The notes: generated by a model not told the origin, from the sequence alone. A stretch of 64,000 nucleotides of DNA from an uncultured Candidatus Saccharibacteria bacterium (GCA_964399295.1 CAYNQD010000001.1:203944-267943), one strand, 5' to 3'. Positions 20,252 through 30,427 are shown, numbered from the stretch's first letter. Program-made: numbers and translations.

Positions 20252-20351
20252 GGCTATATTATTACATAGATAAGTCTAAAAACAAAAGCCAATATGCTGA
20301 TTGTGTGATTAGCAAAAAATTTGTTACACTAAACAGATAATAATTCTAGCT

Positions 20352-21815
20352 ATGTTTGATAACTTTTTTAAATCGTCGGCCAAACCAACAGAAGTAAAGC
20401 GTGATATTTATTTTCACAATACCGAAACCAACAAATTAGAATTATTTAAGCCGCTGAAAGACAGTGTCGTGACTATGTATTCCTGCGGACCGACGGTGTA
20501 TGATTTTGCTCATATTGGAAATTTACGCTCTTTTGTGTTTGCTGACATGTTGAAAAGAACGCTTATTTTCCATGATTATGAAGTCAATCACACCATAAAT
20601 CTCACTGATTTTGGACATCTCACCGACGACGGCGATGCCGGTGAAGACAAAATGATGAGAAGTTTAAAACGTGAAGGTTTGCCGATTTCTCTCCAGGCCA
20701 TGCGTGAATTATCTGATAAATTTATTGACGCTTTTTTTGATGATTTTGACAGTCTGCGTATCATGCCGCCAACGACCTGGACTAGAGCCAGTGATTATGT
20801 AAACTCTCAAATCCGGCTGATTGAGACTCTTGAAGGTAAAGGTTATGTGTACGAAATTGAAGACGGAGTTTATTTTGATGTGTTGAAATTTCCCCGTTAT
20901 GGTTGTTTGGGTAATATAGATTTATCAAAACTGCAAAGTGGTGCCAGAATAGCGGTAAACGAAGCCAAACATCATCCGGCGGATTTTGCGGTTTGGAAGA
21001 AAGGTGAATTGGGTTGGGATAGTCGTTGGGGTAAAGGCTTCCCGGGCTGGCATATTGAATGTTCGGCGATGGCGATGGCTACTCTGGGTAAGGAAATTGA
21101 TATTCATACGGGTGGAATCGACCTAATACCCACTCACCACAACGCGGAAATCGCTCAATCCGAATGTGCCACCGGTAAAAAGTTTGTTAATTACTGGTTG
21201 CATAGCGATTTTATTACCATTGATAATACCAAAATCAGCAAATCTCTGGGCAACACAATAAATTTACGACATTTGTTTGACTGTGGTTTTACCGGCGACG
21301 ATTATCGTTATTGGCTTTTAACGGCTCATTATCGTTCTCTGGTAAATTTCTCTTGGGAAGCTCTGCGTGGAGCCAAACAAGCTTTATACAGGCTAAAACG
21401 CTATGTTTATGAAGATTATAAGCAGGTTGCCGGCCAACCAGATATTGAATATGTAGATAGATTTAAGAATTTTCTGGCTAATGATTTGGATACTCCTAGC
21501 GCAATCGCTCTTTTGTGGGAGGTGGTAAAAGACGACAAGCTCGACAACAAAACCAAATGCGCCACCATTCAAGTGATGGATAGGGTTTTGGATATTGGTT
21601 TGAGTGAGGATTTGGAAGTTGGTTCCAAAACTTTAGGAGTTGTTTCCGGTACCGAAATCCCACCCGAAATACAAGCCCTGATAGACAAGCGTGAAATGGC
21701 TCGCGTGGCCAGAAATTGGCTGGAAGCCGATACCTTACGAGAAGCTCTGGATTTGAAAGGCTACAGCGTGGAGGACACCGCCTATGGCCCGAGAATTACC
21801 AAATTAACGGAATAG
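20352..21815 (+). CDS. cysS: Cysteinyl-tRNA synthetase
   Basis: CGPTVYDFAHIGN (HIGH region) and KISKSLGN (KMSKS). Confidence 0.85.
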   Translation: MFDNFFKSSAKPTEVKRDIYFHNTETNKLELFKPLKDSVVTMYSCGPTVYDFAHIGNLRSFVFADMLKRTLIFHDYEVNHTINLTDFGHLTDDGDAGEDKMMRSLKREGLPISLQAMRELSDKFIDAFFDDFDSLRIMPPTTWTRASDYVNSQIRLIETLEGKGYVYEIEDGVYFDVLKFPRYGCLGNIDLSKLQSGARIAVNEAKHHPADFAVWKKGELGWDSRWGKGFPGWHIECSAMAMATLGKEIDIHTGGIDLIPTHHNAEIAQSECATGKKFVNYWLHSDFITIDNTKISKSLGNTINLRHLFDCGFTGDDYRYWLLTAHYRSLVNFSWEALRGAKQALYRLKRYVYEDYKQVAGQPDIEYVDRFKNFLANDLDTPSAIALLWEVVKDDKLDNKTKCATIQVMDRVLDIGLSEDLEVGSKTLGVVSGTEIPPEIQALIDKREMARVARNWLEADTLREALDLKGYSVEDTAYGPRITKLTE

Positions 21816-21875
21816 TGTCAATCCACACAATCCACAGGACTGTGCAAAAATCATCAATATTGCATACGTGGTACA

Positions 21876-23258
21876 ATGCTGGGACTTATGTCTGTCAATC
21901 GTTCACTACGCACTCCCCCCCACAACATCGACGCTGAAAAAGCTTTGTTGGGAGCAATTATCTTAAAGCCGGATGTCATGCACGACGTGTCGGTGACGGT
22001 ATATCCGGAGAGTTTTTTTGCTGATAAACACCGTTTGATTTATGAGGCGATTGTTAATATTTTCTCCAAAGGTGATCCGATTGACGTGGTTACGTTGGTT
22101 ACTAAGCTCAAATCCAATAATGCTCTTGATCGGGTGGGTGGAGCCAGCTATATCACTGAGTTGATAGAAACAGTGCCAGCCGCCAGCAACGCGCTTTATT
22201 ATGCGGAATTGGTACAGGGCAAATCAGCTCTTAGGGGCTTAATTCACGCCGCGGATGACATTGCTGAGATTGGCTATTCAGACCCCGAAAGCGTTGATGA
22301 GGCTTTAGACCAGGCAGAGAAGAAAATTTTTCACGCTACCCAATCCCCCACCGCGCAAAAGTTTAAAACCATCGGCAATTCTTTGCATGAAGCTTGGGAA
22401 AGGTTTGAATATTTAAGCGCCAATCAGGATGAAAAACGTGGGGTTCAATCTGGCTTTACCGCTTTGGACAATCTGTTGGCCGGTTTTCAAAAGTCTGATT
22501 TGATTATTTTGGCGGCTAGGCCTTCAATGGGAAAAACCACTTTCGCGCTTGATGTGGCTCGTAATTCTGCTTTAAAATTTGGCGCGTCGGTGGGTATTTT
22601 TTCTCTGGAAATGAGTGACCAGCAATTAGTTGACCGTATGTTGGCGGCGGAGGCTGGGGTTGATTCTTGGAAACTTCGTACCGGCCGGCTTTCCAATGAC
22701 CATGAATTTGAAGCCGTGCAACAGGCCATGACCAAGCTATCGGAAGCACAAATTCACATAGACGATCAGGCCGGTAATAATATTTTGAAAATGCGTTCAG
22801 CGGCCAGACGCTTAAAAAACGAGCACGGGTTGGATTTGCTGATTGTTGACTATTTGCAGCTGATGTCACCTACGGCCACCAAGGCCAGTGATTCCATGGT
22901 GCAGCAAGTAACGGAAATCTCTCGTTCCCTCAAAATTCTGGCTCGCGAACTTGAAGTGCCGGTAATCGCCCTTTCGCAGCTGTCGCGAGCGGTGGAACAG
23001 CGCGGTGGTAAGCCTCGCTTGTCGGACTTACGTGATTCCGGTTCGATTGAGCAAGATGCTGACGTGGTGATGTTTATTCATCGTGAAGATAAAATAAACA
23101 AAGATTCAGAGCGGCCAAATATCGCGGAAATTATGGTAGAGAAACACAGAAATGGGCCGGTTGGCATGGCTGAATTGTATTTCGACGGCCAACACGTGCG
23201 CTTTCTTAATCTGGACACCAAACACTCCAGTTTTGCCGGTAATGGTGATGATTTTTAA
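21876..23258 (+). CDS. dnaB: Replicative DNA helicase
   Basis: N-terminal PPHNIDAEKALLGAIIL DnaB motif; RecA-like C-domain with GKT and SLEMS. Confidence 0.85.
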   Translation: MLGLMSVNRSLRTPPHNIDAEKALLGAIILKPDVMHDVSVTVYPESFFADKHRLIYEAIVNIFSKGDPIDVVTLVTKLKSNNALDRVGGASYITELIETVPAASNALYYAELVQGKSALRGLIHAADDIAEIGYSDPESVDEALDQAEKKIFHATQSPTAQKFKTIGNSLHEAWERFEYLSANQDEKRGVQSGFTALDNLLAGFQKSDLIILAARPSMGKTTFALDVARNSALKFGASVGIFSLEMSDQQLVDRMLAAEAGVDSWKLRTGRLSNDHEFEAVQQAMTKLSEAQIHIDDQAGNNILKMRSAARRLKNEHGLDLLIVDYLQLMSPTATKASDSMVQQVTEISRSLKILARELEVPVIALSQLSRAVEQRGGKPRLSDLRDSGSIEQDADVVMFIHREDKINKDSERPNIAEIMVEKHRNGPVGMAELYFDGQHVRFLNLDTKHSSFAGNGDDF

Positions 23259-23268
23259 GTAATAAAAT

Positions 23269-23889
23269 ATGACAGCTTTTGATAAATTAGTAGCTTATTT
23301 TGAAAAATTCCCGGGAGTTGGAGTGCGTCAGGCTAAAAGATTCGCTTTTCATGTTTTGACTTTGCCGGCCGAACAAAAAAATGAACTGGCCGACCTCATA
23401 ACTTCCCTCACCCAATCGGTGGTCGAGTGCGTTTCTTGTCATCGTTTTTTTACTCTTGGACGACAAAATCATCCGTTCTGCTCACTCTGCCAGGATACCA
23501 ATCGAGATCGGCAAAAATTGCTAGTGGTAGCCACGGACAATGATGTCACTGTTATTGAAAAAAGTGGAGTTTATGATGGTTTGTATTTTGTGCTGGGTGG
23601 CATGGTGTCTTTGCTTGTAGGCAAAGAAACCGAACAAAAAATCCGTGCTGGCGCACTGAAGGGATTGGTGGCGGAAAGGACGGGAAAGGAATCTCTGGAA
23701 GTGATTTTGGGCTTTGCTGTCAATCCGGACGGAGAAAATACCAGCCGCTTTGTGGAGAGTTTGTTAAAAGAGTCTATCGCTGCCAGACAGGTGAAAATTT
23801 CTTATTTGGGCCGTGGATTATCGACTGGTAGTGAGCTGGAATACGCCGATGCTGAAACAATTAAGAACGCGTTGCGTAATAGAGTGTAG
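23269..23889 (+). CDS. recR: Recombination protein RecR
   Basis: HhH FPGVGVRQAKRFAFH, C4 zinc finger CVSC…CSLC, Toprim domain. Confidence 0.85.
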   Translation: MTAFDKLVAYFEKFPGVGVRQAKRFAFHVLTLPAEQKNELADLITSLTQSVVECVSCHRFFTLGRQNHPFCSLCQDTNRDRQKLLVVATDNDVTVIEKSGVYDGLYFVLGGMVSLLVGKETEQKIRAGALKGLVAERTGKESLEVILGFAVNPDGENTSRFVESLLKESIAARQVKISYLGRGLSTGSELEYADAETIKNALRNRV

Positions 23890-23950
23890 ATGGTTCTTGT
23901 GAATTAGTACAAAAAGCCGCCCGCGTAAGCGGGCGGCTTTAGTGTTTACA

Positions 23951-24280
23951 CTATATCGCCTCAATCTTTACTTCGGCGTAGTGCTGCCTGTGACCAAGCT
24001 TGCGGTCGCGGTTACTTTTGGCCTTGTAGCGTATGATGCTTAGCTTTGGGCCTTTCTTTTCTCCTAGATAGGTCGCTTTAACCTTTGAACCAGTAAAGGG
24101 AGAGCCGACTTTAGTAGATGTGCCGTTGTCCGTCATCAAAACGTGATCAAATTCAATCGCATCGCCTTCTTTGTGGTCGCCAAGCAACTCTACTTGTAGA
24201 GTGTCACCCACCGAAACTATGTATTGTTTTCCGCCAGTCGCGATAACCGCGAAATCCTTGTTAGCTGTTTTTGTTGCCAT
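23951..24280 (-). CDS. rplU: 50S ribosomal protein L21
   Basis: FAVIATGGKQYIVSVGD…KVKATYLGEKKGPK bL21 signature. Confidence 0.85.
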   Translation of the reverse strand: MATKTANKDFAVIATGGKQYIVSVGDTLQVELLGDHKEGDAIEFDHVLMTDNGTSTKVGSPFTGSKVKATYLGEKKGPKLSIIRYKAKSNRDRKLGHRQHYAEVKIEAI

Positions 24281-24290
24281 AATGCGGGCT

Positions 24291-24319
24291 ATAATACAAG
24301 AAAACTAATAAAATTGCAA
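24291..24319 (-). promoter_or_regulatory. Candidate sigma70-like promoter for rplU (TTGCAA-17-TATTAT); the leader would be very short
   Basis: Read on the minus strand: ttgcaa, a 17-nt spacer, tattat, then the start codon ~10 nt downstream. Confidence 0.35.
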
Positions 24320-24328
24320 TATCAGCTC

Positions 24329-24370
24329 AAAAAACCAAATCCCCACATCAATTTTATATTGATGTGGGGA
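24329..24370 (-). terminator. Rho-independent terminator read on the minus strand (ccccacatcaat…attgatgtgggga + T-run)
   Basis: 12-bp perfect stem followed on the minus strand by tttggtttttt. It ends a transcript coming from 24372–24776. Confidence 0.6.
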
Positions 24371-24776
24371 CGAATTTACCATTAAAGATCCTCCTTATCC
24401 TCCTTAGAAATAAGTTCTGAGGTAATTAATTCGTACTGCAAACATTCTTTGCAGTGGCTTTTTTGGCCAAATACAAGCCGAAAAAAACCGTCAATTACAT
24501 ACCAGAAAAAAATGTACAAAACTAGCCTGAGCCCGCTCAACCTGCCCCTTTTTAACATAAGATAAATATATGAACATAACATATATTCTCTTTTGTTTAA
24601 GATGTGGTTGAGTTTCCGACTCAATCTAATAAGAGTGTCGTTTGCAGGACGACTCCTCAAATGAGAGCACTCCATCCTCATGACACACCTCCAAAAAAGT
24701 GAACATCATAACCTTTCTATTATACAACTCTATTTATAAAAGTACAATACCTTTGGTGGCTGGGTGTGTATATTAG

Positions 24777-25895
24777 TTAGTCCAATTTGGTGGGTTTTTC
24801 TATGGCTAGTTGTTCGTGCTCAATGCCCTCACCTGATATTTTGACGACATCGCGGTCTATTTTCATCAATTCTTTGCTGGCTAGATTGTAGTGATTGACG
24901 GTGGTGCTGAGACTATTACCAACTTTTTCAAAGTATTGATTGTAGGCATTCAAATGTCGAGCCAGCTTTTCTACATTTTTCTGGATTTCTTTGGCTCCTT
25001 CCTCGACTTTAAAAGCCCTAAAACCATAAAGAACGGATTGCAGATAAGCGGCGAAAGTGGTTGGTGAAACTATGATGACATTTTTATCGCGGTAGGCGTA
25101 ATCAATTAAAGAGCGAGTGTTGATTTTTACAGAACCAACTTCATTGATTAGCAAATCATAATAAATTGCTTCGGCCGGAATGTACATGAAGGCGAAAGGT
25201 AACGTGCCGTCTTTTGGTCTGATGTATTTTGCGGTTTCATCAATTCGTTTTTTCAGATCATTCTTAAATTCTTTTTCCAATTCCAGCCGGCGGTTTTCAT
25301 CGGTTTCGTCTAGGAGGCGACGGTAGTTGTCTAGTGAAAATTTGGCATCGACAGGTATCATGCCGTCTTTGGTGATGACGACGGCGTCAACAGTCTCACC
25401 GCCGGTAAATTGGTATTGAAGCTTGTAGGCGCCGACGGGGAGAATATTTTCCAAAGCCAGTTGCAGACTGGCTTCTCCCAAGCTTCCTCTTTGTTTCTGG
25501 TGTTTTAAGACCTTTTCAAGGTTTTGCAACTGTTCGGCAATAGTGAAGACTTGCTTTGAACTTTCGCTTACCTCTGATACATGCTTTTGCACGCCTAGCA
25601 ATTTTTCGCTGATACTTTCCTGAATGGCGTGAATTTGCTCGTTGACCTCTTTATTTATTTCTCTCATCAGCTCCTTGCTTTCTTTAAATTGCGTCCGGCT
25701 TCCCTCCTGTGCCAAGCGATTGCTTTCGCTCATCTGCTCGCGCATGGATCTGGACAGCTCTTGGATTTGTTGTTGCATCAAAAGTAGGCTTTCGTTGTTG
25801 TCGGCTTTTTTCTGCGGTCGCAAAAAGAATATATAAATTAAAAGTCCTAATACTATCAACAGAAGCACAAGTAACGCCACGGGTATAATTTCCAT
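24777..25895 (-). CDS. rmuC: DNA recombination protein RmuC
   Basis: N-terminal TM segment, long coiled coil, C-terminal RmuC nuclease-like domain (FAFMYIPAEAIYYDL…). Confidence 0.7.
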   Translation of the reverse strand: MEIIPVALLVLLLIVLGLLIYIFFLRPQKKADNNESLLLMQQQIQELSRSMREQMSESNRLAQEGSRTQFKESKELMREINKEVNEQIHAIQESISEKLLGVQKHVSEVSESSKQVFTIAEQLQNLEKVLKHQKQRGSLGEASLQLALENILPVGAYKLQYQFTGGETVDAVVITKDGMIPVDAKFSLDNYRRLLDETDENRRLELEKEFKNDLKKRIDETAKYIRPKDGTLPFAFMYIPAEAIYYDLLINEVGSVKINTRSLIDYAYRDKNVIIVSPTTFAAYLQSVLYGFRAFKVEEGAKEIQKNVEKLARHLNAYNQYFEKVGNSLSTTVNHYNLASKELMKIDRDVVKISGEGIEHEQLAIEKPTKLD

Positions 25896-26088
25896 GACCA
25901 GATTGTAGCATTATTTAACTGAAATTTGAAAAATATGTTAGTATCAGGCAATGGCTTCATTGATAATTAAAACCTTATACCAAACCCCACAGCAACTCAC
26001 TATTTGCGTAGGGCGGATATTGGGGCGGCGGGCGGAGCAAATAGTGAGTTGTTGCGGGGCCCACAATAATAATTCGTAATTTTTTGTT

Positions 26089-26541
26089 ATGTCTATACAT
26101 TTTGATTTGAGAAACACTTTAAAGGAAGCGATGAAAGCAAAAGATGAGGTAAGACTAAGGACGGTCCGAGGAATTATGACCGCTTGCACCAATGAGCTGG
26201 TGGCTACCGGCAAAACTCCTCAGGATGAGCTTGGTGATGCTGAGGCTTTGGCGGTAATAAAGCGTTTGGCCAAGCAGCGAAAAGAGTCCATTGTGCAATA
26301 CGAAGCTGCCAATCGTCCGGAATTAGCGGCACCGGAAAAAGAAGAACTCTTAATACTAGAGTCCTACCTCCCCACCCTAATGAGCTTAGAAGAAATCAGA
26401 CCAATCGCAGCAGCAATAAAAACCGAACTGGCAATCACCGATAAAACAAAATCAGGAATATTGGTGGGCGCGATTATGAAGAAATTGCAAGGCCAAGCCG
26501 ACGGCGCGGATGTGAAAGTGGCGGTGGAGGAATTGTTTTGA
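26089..26541 (+). CDS. GatB/YqeY-domain protein
   Basis: LKEAMKAKDEVRLRTVRGIMTA is the YqeY signature. Confidence 0.75.
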   Translation: MSIHFDLRNTLKEAMKAKDEVRLRTVRGIMTACTNELVATGKTPQDELGDAEALAVIKRLAKQRKESIVQYEAANRPELAAPEKEELLILESYLPTLMSLEEIRPIAAAIKTELAITDKTKSGILVGAIMKKLQGQADGADVKVAVEELF

Positions 26542-26632
26542 GTAAGTAATAAAATAACATGCAAATAAAACCACTACTGCTTCCAAGGCGGTAGTGGTTT
26601 ATTTTTTCGTAAAAAGTAACTAACCAAAAATT

Positions 26633-26890
26633 TTAAAAAATTAATCTTTTTTTTCGGTTCTTCCAAAAAAAAGTGGCGCACGATATTAAGATAATTAAAA
26701 TAGTAAAAATACCGATAGGAATAATGAAAGACATAGCGGTATCAAAACTTATAATTCTCAACGCAAATAAAATTACTGACCCGATAAGAAATAACCAAAT
26801 CTCACCCATCGGATGTTCTATTGTTAAAATTAATTTTAAATATTTTTTCATGTTATATAATAAATAAATTAAAAAATTATAGTGTGACAC
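26633..26890 (-). CDS. Small hypothetical membrane protein
   Basis: 85-aa ORF with two hydrophobic helices; no recognisable family. Confidence 0.3.
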   Translation of the reverse strand: MSHYNFLIYLLYNMKKYLKLILTIEHPMGEIWLFLIGSVILFALRIISFDTAMSFIIPIGIFTILIILISCATFFWKNRKKRLIF

Positions 26891-26924
26891 TTTTCAAAGA
26901 TATCACACTATAAAAAATTATGGG

Positions 26925-27200
26925 TTATTTATGTAATTCTATCCAAAGTTGTTTAACCAATATGCCTGGAAAAGGGTACGCTATGGCTGCTTGTGTAGCA
27001 GATGCTATTGTGGGTGCATACAAAATAGCGTAATACAACGCTGCCGGAATAGCCTCCCCCCGAGCCCCCTCCAACTCCGCTCTTGAAATAACTTCAAATC
27101 CCAGCGCGTCACCAGCTTTTAAGGTGGCGATGCCGTCGTCTTGAGTAAAACCCTCAAGTGCGGTGTTTGCAGCAGGTATTGGCTTTGATGCTATCTTCAA
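26925..27200 (-). CDS. Hypothetical protein
   Basis: 91-aa ORF; coding potential uncertain. Confidence 0.25.
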   Translation of the reverse strand: MKIASKPIPAANTALEGFTQDDGIATLKAGDALGFEVISRAELEGARGEAIPAALYYAILYAPTIASATQAAIAYPFPGILVKQLWIELHK

Positions 27201-27321
27201 CCAGGGTAAGAATACAATTCGAACAGTTGCCTTAATTTATCAAAAACTTGGTCACCCGGGTTTTGTGCAGCAACTTGAGAAACAAGGTTTACTCTAGTTT
27301 TATTCACATAATCAGCATCTT

Positions 27322-27357
27322 ACAGGCTTCCAAATGGAAGCCTGTTTATTTATTTTT
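27322..27357 (+). terminator. Orphan plus-strand Rho-independent terminator
   Basis: acaggcttccaaatggaagcctgt followed by ttatttattttt; no annotated plus-strand gene lies upstream. Confidence 0.5.
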
Positions 27358-27385
27358 AACTATTAGTATTATATTGCTAATATGT

Positions 27386-27416
27386 TCAAAAAAACCCTCA
27401 GTCTGTGACTGAGGGT
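27386..27416 (-). terminator. Terminator of the minus-strand membrane-protein gene
   Basis: ccctcagtctgtgactgaggg hairpin with a T-run on the minus strand. Confidence 0.65.
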
Positions 27417-27438
27417 TGAATGAGGTGCGGGAGGTGTG

Positions 27439-28104
27439 TTATTGAAGTGCTATGCCCAAAACTAGTAGGTAGAAGTAACCCAACAATAGTCCTTCGGAGA
27501 AAGATATCTGGTCCATATTATTCTCTCTGAGGCGTATAAGCAACCCGGCAATTAAAATAAATAGCAGGGTTAAAAACAACATACCTTCACCCAAGGCCAC
27601 ACTACCAGCAAAAGTGTAAATCATTAGCACAATCGCCATGACGTGCAATGTCGTAGCTGTTTTTTCTAGGGCAGGTGGGGGTGTTGTTGAGAAGATGCTG
27701 GTCACCCTGAAAACTATACTTACGGTAATAAGTATGGTTACCAAAAACAAAAATGCTAATACTGGTGCTCCATCATCATATTGAACTTCATGATGATGAC
27801 TTATCACTTCTTCTATGACATGGCTTGAGTCTGAGCTCAGCCTATAGACACCGCCTGCATAGCAGGTAAAATTCTGGCGGCGTAGACGGCAAACTGGTTC
27901 TTTAACCAGTTCCTGTCCAGGAGAAGCCAATAGTTTTCGTAAGTCATTTTCTGTTATATTACTGGGGACAGAAATGTCCACGAACCCTTCTTTTTTTATA
28001 ATCTTGATGTTGTCGCCTGCTTGATTTACCGAAAACACCTTTTCGGCTAGGGCGAACGTCGGCCAGATGAAAAAACAAACTAAAATAACCAGAATTTTCT
28101 TCAT
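27439..28104 (-). CDS. Hypothetical membrane protein (signal peptide plus ~3 TM helices)
   Basis: Hydrophobic profile only. Confidence 0.4.
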   Translation of the reverse strand: MKKILVILVCFFIWPTFALAEKVFSVNQAGDNIKIIKKEGFVDISVPSNITENDLRKLLASPGQELVKEPVCRLRRQNFTCYAGGVYRLSSDSSHVIEEVISHHHEVQYDDGAPVLAFLFLVTILITVSIVFRVTSIFSTTPPPALEKTATTLHVMAIVLMIYTFAGSVALGEGMLFLTLLFILIAGLLIRLRENNMDQISFSEGLLLGYFYLLVLGIALQ

Positions 28105-28229
28105 TTTTTACTCCTTTTCAATTTTTGAAAGAACCCACTTTTGATTACAGTACCGTTTTTTTTTGTTTTGTAAAGGGTTGGGAGAGTGTGGAAGAGGAGG
28201 GCGCGAAGCGCCCTCCTCTTTTCTCTTCT

Positions 28230-28679
28230 TTAGGCTCTCCGCTTACCTTCAGTCAAAACACAATCCTGACAAGAATGAGTCTCGTGGTATTTGCTGAAAA
28301 CGGCTAGGCTGGTGCCGTATCTTTTTTCCAGTTGTCTTAATTCTGCCTGCCGATATTTATAATTGGGCATGACTTTTTCTACTTCCTGCCAAAATTTCTT
28401 ACTATGATTTAATTCCTTGAGATGACACAATTCGTGTACGATTATGTAGTCACGTAGACAAGACGGTAGGAAAAGCAGTTTGTAATTGAAGTTTAGATTG
28501 CCTAAAGAAGAACAGCTGCCCCAGCTTCTTTTGGTGTTGCGGATGGCGACTCTTTTGTATATTACACCGCACTGAGGAGCAAAGAAGACCAAGCGTTCAT
28601 GAATCAATATCCGTGCCGATTGTTGGTATTTTTTATGACTAAGGTCGCCCGGGCGTTTTCGTTTCCTAAAAAACCACAT
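28230..28679 (-). CDS. YgjP-like M48/DUF45 zinc metallopeptidase
   Basis: SWGSCS…LNFNYKLLFLPSCLRDYIIVHELCHLKELNHSKKFW with an HExxH motif. Confidence 0.75.
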   Translation of the reverse strand: MWFFRKRKRPGDLSHKKYQQSARILIHERLVFFAPQCGVIYKRVAIRNTKRSWGSCSSLGNLNFNYKLLFLPSCLRDYIIVHELCHLKELNHSKKFWQEVEKVMPNYKYRQAELRQLEKRYGTSLAVFSKYHETHSCQDCVLTEGKRRA

Positions 28680-28695
28680 ATTTTTTATAAACTGG

Positions 28696-30420
28696 TCAAT
28701 CTTTATTTTGTTCTTGTAAGTATAAAATCCTCACAATTCTGATTAGCGTGTAATCATATTTTCCATTTGTAGCTTCAAAAACGGGTTTGAGTTTTTCGGT
28801 GCCGGCCGTGGCCAGAGCTTCATAGATATCGGTTTTGGCGGCTTCAAAATTTTTAAATGCTTTTATCGGCCCTTGCAGACTTTCCATGGGTATATCTTTA
28901 TTTTCAAATAGAGTTTCAATATGATTAACAATAGTAGTAACAGCTAAATTGCGCTCCTTGGCAATTTCTTCCACGCTCTTGCCTTGTTCCAGTAATTTTT
29001 TAGTTTCTTCGTAAGTGCTTTCTTTTTTGATTCTGGCAGCCGCTACTATCGGCTTTGTCAAATCTTCCGTGGTGGGAATTTTGCCGTTGTTGGCTTTTAT
29101 AAAACGTTCGTGCATTTGTTTTAGCTCATTTTCTTCCAGATTATTGAAAGTGTCTTCGGCTTCATCAGACTCTTGCTTGAAGCGTAGATTTTCTTTAATA
29201 ATTTTGGGATCCACCTGTAAGGCTTGCGGGTTCATGCCCAGTACTTTAAGTCCAGCCAGCGAACGCACTCGTGACAGCGCCACATAGCCCTGTCCATAAA
29301 CAAAAGATTTCGACAAATCAACCTCAATCGCGTCAAGTGACATGCCTTGGCTTTTGTGGACGGTAATCGCCCAGGCCAGACGCAGCGGCAATTGCTCGAT
29401 GGAAGCTATGATTTTTCCGTCTTCGGCGATTTCCCAATTGACCGGTTCGATGGTAATTTTTCTTTTGTCGGTGGTTTCTATTATTGGATAACCGGCATAA
29501 TTATCAAAGGCCACCACTCGCGCCAAAGTGCCGTTTACATAGCCGGCTTCAAAATTATTTTTGGTACACATGACCATAGCGTCAATTTTTAAATCAAGCT
29601 TGACCGGCGACAAACAATTTCTCATCAGCGATTCCTGAAGAATTTTGCTGCCTCGTCCGGACATTTTGAAACTGGAAAGAGAATTGCTTAGTTCGGCCAG
29701 TTTGTTGGCATTGACCACATCAACATCAGCGTTGTGAGTATAAAGACGGGTCGGCTCTATGTCTTCGTAAGTAATGTCGGTTTGTTCTTTTAGTAATGAA
29801 AAATGTTCGTCTTCGATCTCGCCTTTGCGAATTGATGCCAGCAAGCTCAAAAGCAATTCATCTTCTTGTCTGAATTGTTCCGTTAAATAGCAGATTAGCG
29901 GCCGGAGATTTTCCCAGGCTTTTGATTCAAAAGCGTAACGCGTCATGTCTCCCATTCTTGAAATTGGCGGCAGCTGAAAAAAATCACCCACGCAAACAAC
30001 CTGTATTCCGCCGAAAGCTTCAGTGGAAAATCTAATGGTTCGACAGATTACGTCCACCATGTCAAGAAGCTTTCCGTCAAGCATGGATATTTCGTCGATA
30101 ATTAAGACTTGCGTTTTTTTAATTCTTTTTGCTAAGCGTTCGTTGCTGGAAATTATGTCTAAATCACCGCGCGTGAGAGTGTCGCGAGTGCCGATGCCGC
30201 TCCAGGAATGGATAGTCAGCCCGCCGACGTGCGTAGCGGCGATGCCGGTGGAGGCCGTGACCGCCACGTTAAGACCGGCGGCTTCTAGCCAATGGATGTA
30301 TTTATTTATGACGTAGGTCTTTCCGGCTCCAGGCTCGCCGGTTAGAAAAACATTGGCTCCGGTTTTTAAAATTGATAAAGCGGTTTCTTGAGTCATGTGG
30401 GAATAGCGTAACATATTTTG
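28696..30420 (-). CDS. PIF1/RecD-family ATP-dependent DNA helicase. The ORF track extends to 30843; the real start is likely M at ~30420 or 30402
   Basis: Walker A LTGEPGAGKTYV, AAA_30/UvrD_C_2-type motifs VITVHKSQGMS, and a C-terminal HTH-like tail. Confidence 0.75.
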   Translation of the reverse strand, partial: QNMLRYSHMTQETALSILKTGANVFLTGEPGAGKTYVINKYIHWLEAAGLNVAVTASTGIAATHVGGLTIHSWSGIGTRDTLTRGDLDIISSNERLAKRIKKTQVLIIDEISMLDGKLLDMVDVICRTIRFSTEAFGGIQVVCVGDFFQLPPISRMGDMTRYAFESKAWENLRPLICYLTEQFRQEDELLLSLLASIRKGEIEDEHFSLLKEQTDITYEDIEPTRLYTHNADVDVVNANKLAELSNSLSSFKMSGRGSKILQESLMRNCLSPVKLDLKIDAMVMCTKNNFEAGYVNGTLARVVAFDNYAGYPIIETTDKRKITIEPVNWEIAEDGKIIASIEQLPLRLAWAITVHKSQGMSLDAIEVDLSKSFVYGQGYVALSRVRSLAGLKVLGMNPQALQVDPKIIKENLRFKQESDEAEDTFNNLEENELKQMHERFIKANNGKIPTTEDLTKPIVAAARIKKESTYEETKKLLEQGKSVEEIAKERNLAVTTIVNHIETLFENKDIPMESLQGPIKAFKNFEAAKTDIYEALATAGTEKLKPVFEATNGKYDYTLIRIVRILYLQEQNKD

Positions 30421-30427
30421 CCAGTTA

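Noticed and set aside
24382-24681. 99-aa minus-strand ORF (MRMECSHLRSR…) in the gap upstream of rplU
   Set aside because: Low-complexity, Cys/Leu/Tyr-rich composition with no SD in frame and no homology. It is more likely non-coding sequence (see the ncRNA/leader finding). A tmRNA was also considered, since an ANDxx-like peptide is encoded, but there is no in-frame stop or ALAA tail and no tRNA-like T-arm.
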